Positions 31,933 through 46,129 of a DNA stretch of 64,000 nt are shown piece by piece. The position numbers were made by a program, and so were the translations under genes. Numbering within the stretch: the first letter of the stretch is position 1; every line of letters starts with the position of its first letter. The notes below the pieces were generated by a model. That model worked only from the letters and a program-made list of their open reading frames with translations, was not told the origin of the DNA and did no database searches. The stretch spans positions 41,416,001 through 41,480,000 of the forward strand of contig NC_043015.1 in NCBI RefSeq assembly GCF_006345805.1, read 5' to 3'. Source of the DNA: Octopus sinensis. Its lineage: Eukaryota.

Positions 31933-32713
31933 CCGAGCAATACAATATCCTTCGTTAAAAGTAACTATCTCAGGAGAACCTTAGAGTATTGGAGTAATTT
32001 GTTCCGGCTTTTTAATTTCGAGTACAAACACCCACCAAGGTCAACTTCATTTTTCTTTTCTTCCAAAATCGTTAAAATAATATAACAACTAAACACTAAG
32101 GAATGATATAATCGACAGTTTTTTCGCCAGAAAATCCAGGCCTTGTGCCAATAGCCTGTAACCAAAAATTACACGTAGTAATTAAAGATTTAAAAAGAAA
32201 ATTGATCCACACCTATGTGCGGGGAGTACAAGCTGCAGAGTTACTTCCCTTAAATCCCACCCTCCCACAGCTCTTCACGCTGTTCTATCAACCTCGTTAT
32301 CCGCCAGCGGATTTCTACAAGTTTTTTCCACAGGAATTCAACATTTCAATTCCAAACATTCCCCAAACTACCTTTCCTTTAATTTAAACATTAACCCATC
32401 TTTATCACACACATTCTGACACAATCGAAGCGAAATTCACCAGAGCTTAACGCGTGGCATTCACCATAATACGAAGGGCGACGTCTGGTGTACGGCAAAG
32501 TTTTATTTACTATGCTGAAGCAAAGCGAAAACATGTCCTGCCTTGGTGGAGACTTCTTCTTCACTTCGTGATTATTTAGATTTCATAAATATCCGTGGAA
32601 TAATAATAATGGTGATGTTTACATTCGATACCAGAGGTTTATGACACTGATATCACAATATTGAAACTATGTCGGTGAGTTTACTTGGACACGATTCCTT
32701 TCACATTTTGTTT

Positions 32714-33879
32714 ATCTCATCTTATGTTGAAGGTATGTGTGTGTATATATGTCTGTGTATATATATGTGTGTATATATGTATGTGTATATATATATATAT
32801 GTGTGTATATATATATATATGTGTGTGTATATATATATGTGTGTGTGTGTATGTATATATGTGTATATATATATGTGTGTGTGTGTATGTATATATATGT
32901 ATATATATATATATATGTGTGTGTATGTATGTATATATGTATATATATATGTGTGTATGTATGTATATATGTATATATATATATGTGTATGTATATATAT
33001 GTGTATATATGTATATGTATGTGTATATGTATATATATGTGTATATATGTATATGTATGTGTATATATATATATATGTGTATATATATATATATATGTGT
33101 GTATATATATATATGTGTGTATATGTATATATGTATGTGTGTATATGTATATATGTATGTGTGTATATGTATATATGTATGTGTGTATATATATATGTGT
33201 GTATATGTATATATGTATGTGTGTATATGTATATATGTATGTGTGTATATGTATATATGTATGTGTATATATATATGTGTGTATATGTATATATGTATGT
33301 GTATATATATATGTGTGTGTATATATGTATGTATATGTGTATGTATATATGTATGTGTATATATATATATGTGTGTGTATATATGTATGTATATGTGTGT
33401 GTATATATGTATGTATATATATATACTACATACATTATATATGTATATATATGTGTATATATGTGTGTATATATATATACATACATACATTGTATATATA
33501 TATGTATGTGTGTATATATATATATACATACATTGTATATATATGTATGTGTATATATATGTGTGTATATATATATATATATACATACATACATTGTATA
33601 TATATGTATGTGTATATATATGTGTATATATATATATATACATACATACATTGTATATATATGTATGTGTATATATATGTGTATATATATATATATACAT
33701 ACATACATTGTATATATATGTATGTGTATATATGTCTATATATATATACATACATTATATGTATGTGTGTATATATGTATGTATATATATATACATACAT
33801 TATATATGTATGTATATATACATACATGTATATATATGTATATATATGTATATATATATATATCTATATATATATATAT

Positions 33880-33932
<53 letters not shown>

Positions 33933-33946
33933 GTATGTATGTATAC
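32714..33946. repeat. ~1.2-kb compound (TA)/(TG)/(TATG) microsatellite
   Basis: Direct reading; higher-order subunits such as ACATACATTGTATATATATGTATGTG repeat at 33480-33720. Confidence 0.97.
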
Positions 33947-34214
33947 AAGCTCTGCATTACCTAGGTACTTTAAGCTAACGAAAGAATGTATATGTCGCTC
34001 GCCTCGTCAAATCTCTCAACGCCCAACCGCCTTAAAAAAGAGGTTTAGCTGCTATTTCTGTAATGAAATTATTGTATACAGTGCTCAGGTGCACCACAAA
34101 ACAAGGAGGGAGGGATAGTTTAGGTAATGTGGTAGCTAGAAGGCCCCACACAGACGTGATACCTTCGATGGTAGGTGTGTCTAATATCTCTACCTCCGGT
34201 TAAAGAACACCCTA

Positions 34215-34800
<586 letters not shown>

Positions 34801-35254
34801 CACATAGGTATACACACAGGCGTAGTTAAAATCTATTTCACTCGTGTATACTTCTTGTTAATGACGTGGAGGGGTGCTCTGCAAATGTGTCAGTTTATAT
34901 GTATAATAAACACCTGTAACGATAAAAAATATTAGACAATATATGTACCCACACACAGACACACATTTCGGGACATAAAAACATGGACATGTCATTGCTG
35001 ACGTCTTTTGTCAGTGTGACAATGCCGGAGTGACATGTTTGATGGTTGTTGAAGTTGTGGTTATTGTTCAAGTGTCACTCAAGACACTTTCCCATTTCTT
35101 TAAAACCTTTCGGCGATGTTGTACAACTTCCTGCTTCTCAAGTTTGTTAAGCTCTCTCTCTATTTAGCCAGCTTAACTACCTACCTGTGCATCCATCCAT
35201 CCATCTATCTATCTATCTATCACCTGTCTATCTATCTATCTGTCTACCTACCTA

Positions 35255-35288
<34 letters not shown>

Positions 35289-35295
35289 CTTAAAA

Positions 35296-35550
35296 TAATA
35301 ATAATAATTGTGTACAGTGCTCAGGTGCACTACAACTCATCTAAAGTGTATATATAATCAGGTGTAGTTTCGGCGGATTTCGGAAAGCATGAGGGCCTTA
35401 AAAGATGCAGTGTCATGGCAGTCAACAACTGACGCAGGCAGTTTATCCATGCTTCAGCAACTCTGAGCGTGAAAAAATGTTTCCGAAAGTCATGGAGCTG
35501 TATTGTTTTCTGACTTTGTAGGCATGTCCACGTGTGTTAGACCATGAGAT
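35296..35550 (-). mobile_element. CR1-group LINE 3' end
   Basis: Minus strand HDFRKHFFTLRVAEAWIKLPASVVDCHDTASFK (FFxxRVxxxWNxLP motif), with a (TTA)n tail at 35296-35308. Confidence 0.8.
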
Positions 35551-36821
35551 CAAAAAGGTCTATCTGTCTACTTATGTCTATCTGTCTACGCACCTGTCTA
35601 CCTCTCCACCTCTCTGTCTAAGCCACGCGGGAATGTCTACCTGTTGGCCCAATTTGTTAGAAATAGCAGCCAAATCTCCTTCAACTCTCACCACACACTA
35701 CCTTTAAAATGAAGGAACACGGCGAGCACTCATACTTAAATTACATTTGAACTGAGGCTCTTGCTTTTTCGGAGTTAACCTGTGATTCAACAGACATACC
35801 GAGCAAATTAATATAACTCCAGAGTTCAAAAGTAATTAATTTGTTTGCAGCGATGAAGAAGTTTTCAGATAATTATATTTTCTAATGGTATCAAACAGCT
35901 GGTGGATTAGTACCACTATTTAGTAGATAATTAATCTCTCTCTCTATGTATATATAATTATTAGGGAATATTACTTTTGAGTACACAGGACAATGACATT
36001 CAAATGTCGACCCGAGTAAGTATTGAAACTAGATCCCTTGTATCTAAATCAATACCAACGTACTTTTATGAAACACGTGTAGTCTTATAAACGGAAAATA
36101 CGGGACTCAGAATAGATATAATTAGTATAAGATTTAATTTTTAACATTTTATGGAGGGGGCGGGTATATTGAGTTGAAGGTGGTTCTGTCTATAAAATTA
36201 TATATATATTATAATTAAGGGCTAAAGAAGGTTATTCTAAAGCCAATACACTGATTTATCCACTTATAATCCACTTGTTACAGGAAAATTGAACTGAAAG
36301 CGGGCAACTAACCTTTAGAAAATTTAAATTTCGTTATCTCTATATTGAATCAATTTCGGAATTAATCCCTATAAAGGATACATATATATATATATATGTG
36401 TGTATACTGAGTTATGTATCTATTTATCTAGCTAGTTCTGTGTGTATCTGTTCTCTCTCACGCGTGTTCGGTGTGCATTCAAGCGTGGACTCACAGATGA
36501 TGCGTAACACGTGTGAAACATTCCTTTGAAACCTGTCATCATCTGATTTACCGTCAAAGAATCACCGACATCCTCACACGTAAATAACATTTTTCGTGAT
36601 GTTGTTATCATGCAAGTGGTGAGCATTGTACGTTTTAGTTAAGTAATTTCCTGTTTGACTGTGAGTGTCGGTGACCCGGTTTCGATTCCCTGTCGTTCCA
36701 ACATGTTACTTAAAACACACGACGATCGTTACAAATTATATTTACCTTTTCACGGCAGTAAATCTGTTTCAGGTGTCTCTATCAATTCACATCTCAATAC
36801 CATTGTCACGGAATTACCTTA

Positions 36822-36877
<56 letters not shown>

Positions 36878-38969
36878 TTAATAATAATAATAATCCTTTC
36901 TACTATATGGCTCAAAGCCTGAAAATTGGTGGGAGAGGGCTGGTCGATTGGATCGACCCTAGTACCCGGCTGCTATTTATTTTATGGATGAAAGACAAAA
37001 TGAACTTCGGCGGAATTTGAACTCAGAACGTCCGGCTTTCCTTTTGGCTTTATAATAACAAAGGTTTCAAATTTTGGAACAGAGCCAGAGTTGATTAGAT
37101 CGAACCCAGTGTTCAAACTTGTCGAGCAGACTTATGATAAAAGGCTTTTTTCCATCCGTGACCACCCCATTTCCTCCTTGCATGCAAAGAACCCAGGACT
37201 ACATTATCCTTTGAAGACATTGGAGTGTGAGTGACGTGAGGGAAAATTTGGCATCTATTTCTAGTAAGTAAGTCTAGGGATAAGGTGGGAGCTACTTCGT
37301 TGGCTGGAAGCATCCGGGTGGTTTGTGATGCAATGTCATTCGATCCTACCCCTGGCTCAAACGTAAGGGGAGTTCCCTTTTTTTTTTAGATATAAATATA
37401 AACTGATTGACATGGTGTTATTCACCAACGATGTTAACACTTGACTCTCTCTCGATGCCTTTTCACGCCACCTTAGAATAGACTGACCCTTCGTGAGGCT
37501 TGCTCACCCCACTTTTCTCTCCTCTCATATCGTATCTGGCCTTCACTTCTAACTGTACAACCAGTCCTTCTTTCCCAAGAACGGCAGACACCTTCAAATT
37601 CCATCCCTTATCAAGTTCTTCTTGTAGATATTAAAAAGGACCATCTGTGTTAATCTCTCTGGGTTTGCAGATCTTGCGAAGGTTACTGGTACGGCTCTTT
37701 CGTCCAAACTAAACTATTTACAATAATTAAAATAAAAAAAAATATTTAAAAAAACAACAAGAAGCCGGTAGGAAACAAAATCGACATCTAAATTCATCAG
37801 AAACGCATAAACAATGTCAGTAAAGTATTTTGTTTAAGGCCCACAGATAAATTCCTATCGAATGATCCGTGATTGCCCCACCTTTTTCTCAGATATACTG
37901 TATCTAAGACAATATGTCATTTATCTATTTTTGTTTTCCCAAAATGGTTAGAATATGTTTTGTGGAAGATTTGGGTGTATTTTTTGCAAGGCCAGTGACC
38001 ATGTAGAGGGTCCGTTGTTGGCTTGCAACCACAAGTTGTAATGGAAACTAATTTTCTGGAGGAGGAAGTCTCCTTAAATTTAAACCCTTTTAAATGTTCG
38101 CTAAAATATACATACGCTATATATATATATATATAATATATATATATATATATAATATATATATATATACACAGAGTGTGAGTGAGGTAGGTAGGTTAGT
38201 ATTGTTATTGCCCAAGTTCAGTCCTGATTAAAGCAAACCTATAATCAAAAGTAATCCAATTGTACACAGAACTACTAAGCTAGCCAACGTATTCTCCGTC
38301 CTTTTTTCGGCGATTTGGTGCGTTTTGAAAGAAATTTGGTTGCTATTTCTAGCAGATCGCGTGGCCACGTAAAGGCGTTGTCATTGGTTCTGTAGGAAGA
38401 AGCAACGATCGCTGAAAGTTTATTTCAGGATTGTAACCGGAATGGAAATCGTAATCTCTTGTTTGTCAAAACATATGGCTTGAAATTAATGTGATTAAGT
38501 ATTAAAATGCTAGTAATTTAATCTTTCCATTGACTGCCACGTGGTAAAAATGTAATCATGTGTTGGATTGTCTTGTTAAAAACGTGTCGCTGTAAATACG
38601 CGTTTTCATTCTGGAACATGGGAGGATTTTCTTGGCAACATTCGGACATGAAATTTTTGCTACTTCCTTTAAAATATTCTATCACGAAAATCTGAAATAA
38701 ATGATTTGTGTGTTTAATTAAGTACATTGCTACTCGGGATAAATATTTATCCGTTCATAATATATATAACATAATTCGGTATTTATAGATCCATTTCAGC
38801 CCACTTTTTAAAGAATCGGTTTCGCCCATGAGAATCGTCGGGAGAAACCAGGGTTTGTTAGAAGGGTTACTAGGAAGAAGACCTATAATTTCTGTACTAT
38901 ATAAATATCAACGTACACACTCTATTAGCAAATACTCAAGTGCCTGTTTTAGCCAGCTACACACACACA

Positions 38970-39267
38970 CAGTTGCAGACTGGCCAGGTTACCAGCTTAC
39001 CCAATGGCAAGTGGGTCCCTGCGCCATTAGAATCCATATATGGGGGCCCGTGTTAGTATCTAAGGGGCCCATCCCTTGAAGTTTGAGAATTTTTTATTCA
39101 CTCCTGCAATAATGCACTAATTATTTCAGCCTGGCTGTATTTGTAGACAATTGAAAAAAATATTTTTAACAAAAAAAATATTTTAAATTGAATGATAGCC
39201 TGGTAGTTGCGGGTGGGTCCCCTTAGTCTCATGGCAACCAATATTTTTTAGACCCAGTCCACCACTG
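38970..39267. mobile_element. hAT-type MITE
   Basis: TIRs CAGTTGCAGACTGG / CCAGTCCACCACTG; decayed 8-bp TSD CACACACA/CATACTCA. Confidence 0.75.
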
Positions 39268-39289
39268 CATACTCATATGGTTATATTTA

Positions 39290-39690
39290 TTTCTTTATTA
39301 CCCACAGGGGGCTAAACACAGAGGGGACAAACAAGGACAGACAAAGGGATTAAGTTGATTACATCACCCCCAGTGCGTTACTGGTACTTATTTAATCAAC
39401 CCCCGAAAGGATGACAGGCCAAGTCGACCTCAGCGGAATTTTGAACTCAGAACGCAAAGACAGACGAAATACCTATTTCTTTATTGCCTAGAAGGGGCTA
39501 AACACAGAGAGGACAGACAAATGGATTAAGTCGATTATATCGACCCCAGAGCGTAACTGGTACTTATTTTATTGACCCCGAAAGGATGAAAGACAAAGTC
39601 GACCTCGGCGGAATTTGAACTTAGAACGTAGTGGCAGACGAAATACTGCTAAGCATTTCACCTGGTGTGCTAACAATTCTGTCAGCTAGT
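39290..39690 (-). mobile_element. Tandem dimer of SINE family B
   Basis: Junction GAAATACC|TATTTC at 39473/39474, identical in position to 17834/17835 and 63886/63887. Confidence 0.85.
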
Positions 39691-40521
39691 GCTCATATAT
39701 GTGCTGGCAGGGGCACATTAAGTGGTTGCCCCCAGGAGAGCCATGGGTTTAGGAACCCAATGCTGACTGATATAAGCTTTGGTTTGCTATCAATAAATAA
39801 ATCCTGTAGGCCAGAGCCTTGCTTTTCCCAAGTTGTGGGGGTTTATACTGCTGTTAAAACTGCCCTGCATGTCAGTAGGACCCATGGAAAATCTACAGTT
39901 ATTATGAAAGTCTATAAGATAGTTGAAAGTTGAAAAATATCCATGGAAAACATACCTGGCCAAGGGAAATGTTACCTTGCTTGGTAAACAGGTGAGGGTT
40001 AGCAACAGGGACAGCTGTAGGAAACCCTCTTCAATGAATTCCATCCAGCCCCATGCAAGCATAGAAAAGTGGACATTAAATGATGATAATGATGATGATG
40101 ACAAAAAATCGATGAAAATTTATTGGACCAAAACAGAAATGGGTTGGATTGTTAATTCATCATCATCGTTTAACGTCCGCCTTCCATGCTAGCATGGGTT
40201 GGACGATTTTGACTGAGGGCTGGCGAACCAGATGGCTGCACCAGGCTCCAGTCTTGATCTGGCAGAGTTTCTACAACTGGATGCTCTTCCTAACGCCAAC
40301 CACTCCATGAGTGTAGTGGGTGCTTTTTACGTGCCACCCGCACTGGGGCCAGTCAGGCAGTACTGGCAACGACCTCGCTCGAATCTTTTACACATGCCAC
40401 CAGCACAGGTGCCAGTAAAGCAACGTTGGTAACGATCACGCTCGAATGGTGTTTAATTGTGTTAAAAAAATGTTTGTTTCAAGGTGTGGAGTCTGGCCAT
40501 GAATCCAATATATTCTGTGGA

Positions 40522-40809
40522 CAGTGGTGGACTGGGTCTAAAAATATTGGTTTCCAGGAGACTAAGGGGGCCCACCAGCAACTACAATGCTACCGTTTAT
40601 TTTTTTTTGTTTTGTTAAAAGGATTCTTTTCAAGTGTCCACAAACACAGCAAGGCTGAAATAATGCATTCTTCCAGGGGTGAATAAAAAATTCTCAAACT
40701 TGAGGGGATGGGCCCCTTAGATACTATCATGGACCCCATATATGGATTCTAATGGTGCAGGGGCCCACTTGCCATCAGGCAAGCTGGTAACCTGGCCAAT
40801 CTGCCACTG
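40522..40809. mobile_element. hAT-type MITE, inverted relative to 38970-39267
   Basis: CAGTGGTGGACTGG..CCAATCTGCCACTG; decayed TSD TCTGTGGA/TCTGTAGC. Confidence 0.75.
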
Positions 40810-40874
40810 TCTGTAGCTGTGTTATTTTGTCAATTATAAGCAGGTGTAAAGGTCCATATTGATATCTATATATA

Positions 40875-41833
40875 CAGGGTGGCCCAAAAGTAGGTTCAAA
40901 GTTATCACATAAGCACTTTAAATTTCTTTTAAAACATTTTATTACATTTCAATTTCCATCTTATAATCATACTAGCAGTATTGCCCAGCATTGCTCAGGT
41001 TTGTTTCAACCCTTTAGAATTGGAATTTTTGAAAAGTAAAAATTTTGCATTATGTAGCTTGTTATTCTCTTTAAGTGAACATTTTTCTGGTTGAAATACA
41101 CCGAAAAATGGCAACACAGCAGTCAAAAAATCGTAAAAAATAGGGATTTTCATAGGAAAAAAGCACCTTTTTGATGTAAATAATTTCTGGTGTTAACATG
41201 GTCCGATTTGAATTTTTTCTTCTAGGGAAGGAAGTGCAAGCCTTCTTCTATCATATTCTCAATTTTGGCCAACTTGCGCTGCAGGGTCTCGGAGGAGATA
41301 GTGTTACATGAAGGCTACCAAACCTGCCTCACACTGAAGACAACTTCAGCTTTATATAGAGAAAGATTGTTTATGCACTTCTTAAACAGACAATGTTTCA
41401 TCTCTCAGATGCTCAAAATGTCCTCCTTCAACATTGCAACATTCTTCAAACCTCTTCAGAAAACTCTGACACACAGTGCGGCACAAATTCCAATCTCCAT
41501 CAATTTTAGTGAATCTGTCAGAAATGTAACCATTTAATTCATTTACTGTTTTGGGATTCTTATAAACCTTGTTCTTTAGAACACCCCCCAAAAAGAAATC
41601 CATTGGTGTCAGGTGAGATGAACATGATAGCCATTCGATGCTGTCCCGTCTTCCAACCAACACTGTGGAAAGTCTTGGTTAAGGTAATCTCTTACTGTCA
41701 ACGCACAATGTGGAAGTGCTCCATCTTGCTGAATAATGGTTTCATATTTTTATATAATTAAGATCTAAACATTTAATATATGAATGCGAAAGAGGTAGCT
41801 AAATAACTGTAAACCTACTTTTGGGTCACCCTG
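40875..41833 (-). mobile_element. Internally deleted Tc1/mariner element with transposase C-terminus
   Basis: TA-CAGGGTGGCCCAAAAGTAGGTT..AACCTACTTTTGGGTCACCCTG-TA; minus-strand W..CSSHLTPMDFFLGGVLKNKVY..KRFEECCNVEGGHFEHL (WPxxSPDLxPxDFFLWG and GGHFEHL motifs). Confidence 0.9.
40972..41360 (-). mobile_element. Non-autonomous Helitron nested in the mariner element
   Basis: Reverse complement of the 8091-8480 element; CTAG at 40972-75 and 5' TCTATATAAAGCTGAAG ending at 41360. Confidence 0.88.
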
Positions 41834-41879
<46 letters not shown>

Positions 41880-41882
41880 CCT

Positions 41883-42207
41883 GTATCTTTTACTTTTTAC
41901 TTGTTTCACTCATTTGACTGTGGCCATGCTGGAGCACTGCCTTTAGTCGAGCAAATCGAACCCAGGACTTATTATTTGTAAGCCTAGTACTTATTCTATC
42001 AGTCTCTTTGTTGAACCACTAAGTTACGGGAACGTAAACACACCAGCATCGGTTGTCAAGCAATGTTGGGGGGACAAACACACACATATATACAACGCGC
42101 TTCTTTCAGTTTCCGTCTACCAAATCCACTCACACGGCTTTGGTCGGCCTGAGGCTATAGTAGAAGACACTTGCCCAAGGTACCATGCAGTGGGACTGAA
42201 CACAGAA
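41883..42207 (-). mobile_element. SINE family A (head truncated)
   Basis: Tail TTTTACTTTTTACTTGTTTCA..GGACTGAAC. Confidence 0.8.
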
Positions 42208-42209
42208 CC

Positions 42210-42243
<34 letters not shown>

Positions 42244-42244
42244 C

Positions 42245-42500
42245 TTCGGCATCCATCCGTCTCGAGAGACGATGGTGTAGCTCGGAAAAGGTGTTGAGTT
42301 TATCTGCACTTCCTGGTGTGGCTGTTGCACACCAATCATTGAGTGGCAGTCCCTACCACATCTGGTGCAAGTGAAAGGGGATGAGAGCTGTGGTTGCTGC
42401 TGCTGCTGCCCCTTTCGCCTGGTTCTCTTTAGTTTGGCAGTAGTGGTCCTCAGGTTCTTTGCTGTCATGGCACCCTGCTTGACACTGTGTCGCCAGGCAC
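42245..42500 (-). mobile_element. RTE-BovB-like LINE 3' end
   Basis: WRHSVKQG..FTCTRCGRDCHSMIG and terminal TIVSRDGWMP, a C-terminal zinc knuckle with IVSRDxxMP ending typical of RTE-BovB-like elements. Confidence 0.8.
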
Positions 42501-43355
42501 TTCTGATATACTTCACATCATATATATATATATAATATCACTCAATGTCTATTTTGCCATGCTTGCATGGGTCAAGTGGAACTTGTTGAAGCAGATTTTC
42601 TATGGTTGGATACACATCATCACTACTACATCCATCATGATTCACAGCAATCAACGTTTGTTTGCTACATGTTCCAGCATCTTCCACAGCTTCACTCTGT
42701 GCCACACTGACCGACATCTCCAATCTGAATGTTTACAGTTGTCAACAGAAACTGTGATAATGACATTTGCTACACGATTATTCTAATTAACTAACGAGGC
42801 AGTTCCATCGTATTCCCTTGATGGCTTACTAATTTTCTATAGCAGCCTCCCATTGGCTTCAAATTAGGGATAATACAAGCCAAGATGAGGGAGTCCCTAT
42901 GTGGTCGCTTTACTTGTTAGAAATAGCAGCGTAAATTTCCTCCAGTCACATCTTGCTGTCTTCATCATCATTTAACATTCATGTTCTATTCTGGTATGGG
43001 CTGGACGTTTTCACAGGGGTTGGCAAGATGGCGCACTGCACCAGGGTCCTTAGTCTGCCTTGGCCTGGTTTCTACAACTTGATGCCCTTCCTAACACCAA
43101 CCATTTTGCAGAGTTTACTGGGAGCCTTTTATGTGGCACCAACACTGGTGCTTATTATGTGGCACCTACACCAGCAGGGTGACCAAGTAACTTGTGAGAC
43201 AAAGACCTCTCAGCTGCGAGAGAGAGTGGAACTGGAGGAAGGGACTTTGTGCTCGCTGAGAGGTTAGAGTATAATAGAGGAATAGCAATAAGTGTCTTAC
43301 TGTATCCCAGTAGGAAAAAAGAGGAGAAGAATACACACGATAGGCTTCTTTTAGT

Positions 43356-43975
43356 GTTCCATTTGTGTGGTAAGAAGCTTGCTTCCCAACCACATAGTTC
43401 TGGGTTCAATCCCACTGCGTGGCACCTTGCACAAATGTCTTTTACTAAAGCCTCAGGCTAACCAAAGGCTTATGAGTGGATTTGACAGATGGAAACTGAA
43501 AGAAGCCCATCATATATTTATATATGTGTGTCTCTGTGTTTGTCCCTTTTCCTCACTATTGTTTGACAAATGCTATTGGTGTGTTTATGCCACCATAACT
43601 TAGCGGTTTGGCAAAAGAGCCCGATAGAATAAGTACCAGAAGAATAAGTCTTCGGGTTGATTTCTTCGACTAAAAGGCGATGCTGCAGCATGGCCGTAGT
43701 CAATTGACTGAAACAGAAGAATAAAAGAGTGTGTGTGTGTCTTTGATCCCCAACCACCGCTTGACAGCCGGTGTTGGTGTTGGTGTGTTTGCATCCTCAT
43801 AACATAATGGTCTTGTAAAAGAGATTAACAGAATAAGTACTAGGGTTACAAAAAAGAAAAAAAACCCAAAGAAACAATACTGTGGTTGATTCATTCGACT
43901 GAAAAATTCTTGAAGGCGGTGCCCCAGCATGGCCACAGTCTAATGACTGAAACGAGTGAAGGATAAAAAAGATAA
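43356..43975 (+). mobile_element. SINE family A plus duplicated 3' half
   Basis: Head at ~43360, tail at ~43725; second 3' segment at 43735-43975. Confidence 0.75.
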
Positions 43976-44246
43976 AGTGTTTCATGCCATGCCATTAACT
44001 ATGTCATCCTGATGTATTCCCTGCAATTCGGATGCTGGAGAATGGGAAGAGAGGGAATCGGTGGAAGACAAAATGGTTTTGAAATAAGCGGAGAATAGCA
44101 TTTAGAAAACAATCGTCAAATGGGAAATTTTGTTTAGCAAACAATGAGACACGTGAGGATAAATTAGCTCTGTATTGATTTTGGGTCGTTAGTGTTCAAG
44201 TGTATAGCCTTGAAGTTGTTTAGTAACATAAACACTCTCTGGCTGC

Positions 44247-44284
<38 letters not shown>

Positions 44285-44491
44285 CACACACACATGTATG
44301 TATATATGAACATGTGTGCGTATTTATATATAAATATATATAAATGTTTATATATACACATACACACGCATATATATATATGCACATACATACATATATG
44401 TATAAACATAAATATATATATATACACACACGTGTATATATATATACATACATACACACACACATATACATACATATATGTATATACATGT

Positions 44492-44695
44492 ACTCTTTAC
44501 TCTTTTACTCTTTTACATGTTTCAGTCATTTGACTGCGGCCATGCTGGAGCACCGCCTTTAGTCGAGCAAATCGACCCCGGGACTTATTCTTTGTAAGCC
44601 CAGTACTTATTCTATCGGACTCTTTTTGCTGATCCGCTAAGTGACGGGGATGTAAACACACCAGCATCGGTTGTCAAGCAATGCTAGGGGGACAA

Positions 44696-44743
<48 letters not shown>

Positions 44744-45195
44744 GGCCGTCTGCCAGCCTCGTCTGGCACCTGTGTCGGTGGCACATAAAAACACCATCCG
44801 AGCGTGGCCGTTCGCCAGCCTCGTCTGGCACCTGTGTCGGTGGCACATAAAATCACCCACTACACTCTCGGAGTGGTTGGCGTTAGGAAGGGCATCCAGC
44901 TGTAGAAACACTGCCAGATCTGACTGGCCTGGTGCAGCCTTCGGGCTCCCCAGACCCCAGTTGAACCGTCCAACCCATGCTAGCATGGAAAACGGACGCT
45001 AAATGATGATGATGATGATGATGATGATGATATGACAGGCTTCTTTCAGTTTCCGTCTACCAAATCCACTCACAAGGCATTGGTCGGCCCGGGGCTATAG
45101 CAGAAGACACTTACCCAAGATGCCACGCGGTGGGACTGAACCCAGAACCATGTGGTTGGTAAGCAAGCTACTTACCACACAGCCACTCCTGTGCC
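44492..45195 (-). mobile_element. SINE family A split by an RTE-type 3' end inserted in its internal microsatellite
   Basis: 3' half at 44492-44700, RTE tail (+) at 44743-45030, SINE 5' half resumes at ATGACAGGCTTCTTTCAG (45032-45195). Confidence 0.85.
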
Positions 45196-45499
45196 TATAT
45201 ACATATATATATATATATGCACACATATACATACATATATACACAAATATATATATACATATATATATATTTATATACATGTCTGATGCCAGTGCCGCCT
45301 GACTGTCTCCCATGCCGGTGGTACGTAAAAAGCACCCACTACACTCTCGGAGTGGTTGGCATTAGGAAGGTCATCCTACTACTATAGAAACCTTGCCAGA
45401 TCAGATTGGAGCCTGGTGCGACCTCCTGGCTTGCCTGTCCCCAGTCAAACTGTCCAACCCATGCTAGCATGGAAAACAGACATTAAACGGTGATGATGA

Positions 45500-46062
45500 T
45501 GCATACATACATATATATATACACATACATACACACACACACATATATATATACATACTTACACATACACATATACATACACACACATATATACATACAT
45601 ACACACACATATATACATACATACACACACATATATACATACATACACACACATATATACATACATACACACACATATATACATACATACACACACACAT
45701 ATATACATACATACACACACATATATACATACATACACACACATATATACATACATACACACACATATATACATACATACACACACATATATACATACAT
45801 ACACACACATATATACATACATACACACACATATATACATACATACACACACATATATACATACATACACACACATATATACATACATACACACACATAT
45901 ATACATACATACACACATACATACATACACACACACATATATACATACATACATACATATATATATATACATACATACACACACATATATACATACACAC
46001 ACACATATACATACATACACACACATACATACACATTCACATATATACATACATACACACCC
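45500..46062. repeat. (CATA)/(CA)/(TA) array with a ~20-22-bp higher-order unit
   Basis: ACACACATATATACATACATAC repeated about 20 times. Confidence 0.95.
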
Positions 46063-46129
46063 ACCCACCCATGTTTGTATGCGGTTATGTCTTGTGGTCT
46101 CGTTCGGTGCAGATGACAGGTGTGGGTTT

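Noticed and set aside
32669-34118. Longest ORFs in the track (328-477 aa, both strands; Y/I/C/V/M- or H/T/Y/I-rich)
   Set aside because: Translations of a (TA)/(TG) microsatellite, open in several frames simply because the repeat lacks stops. The same applies to 7469-8144, 8707-9053, 26701-27261, 34175-34807, 44164-44562 and 45464-46190.
36494-36520. CAGATGA-TGCG..CG..GAAAC degenerate hammerhead
   Set aside because: The invariant U4 is A, and no palindromic stem III or stem I is evident; at most a dead remnant.
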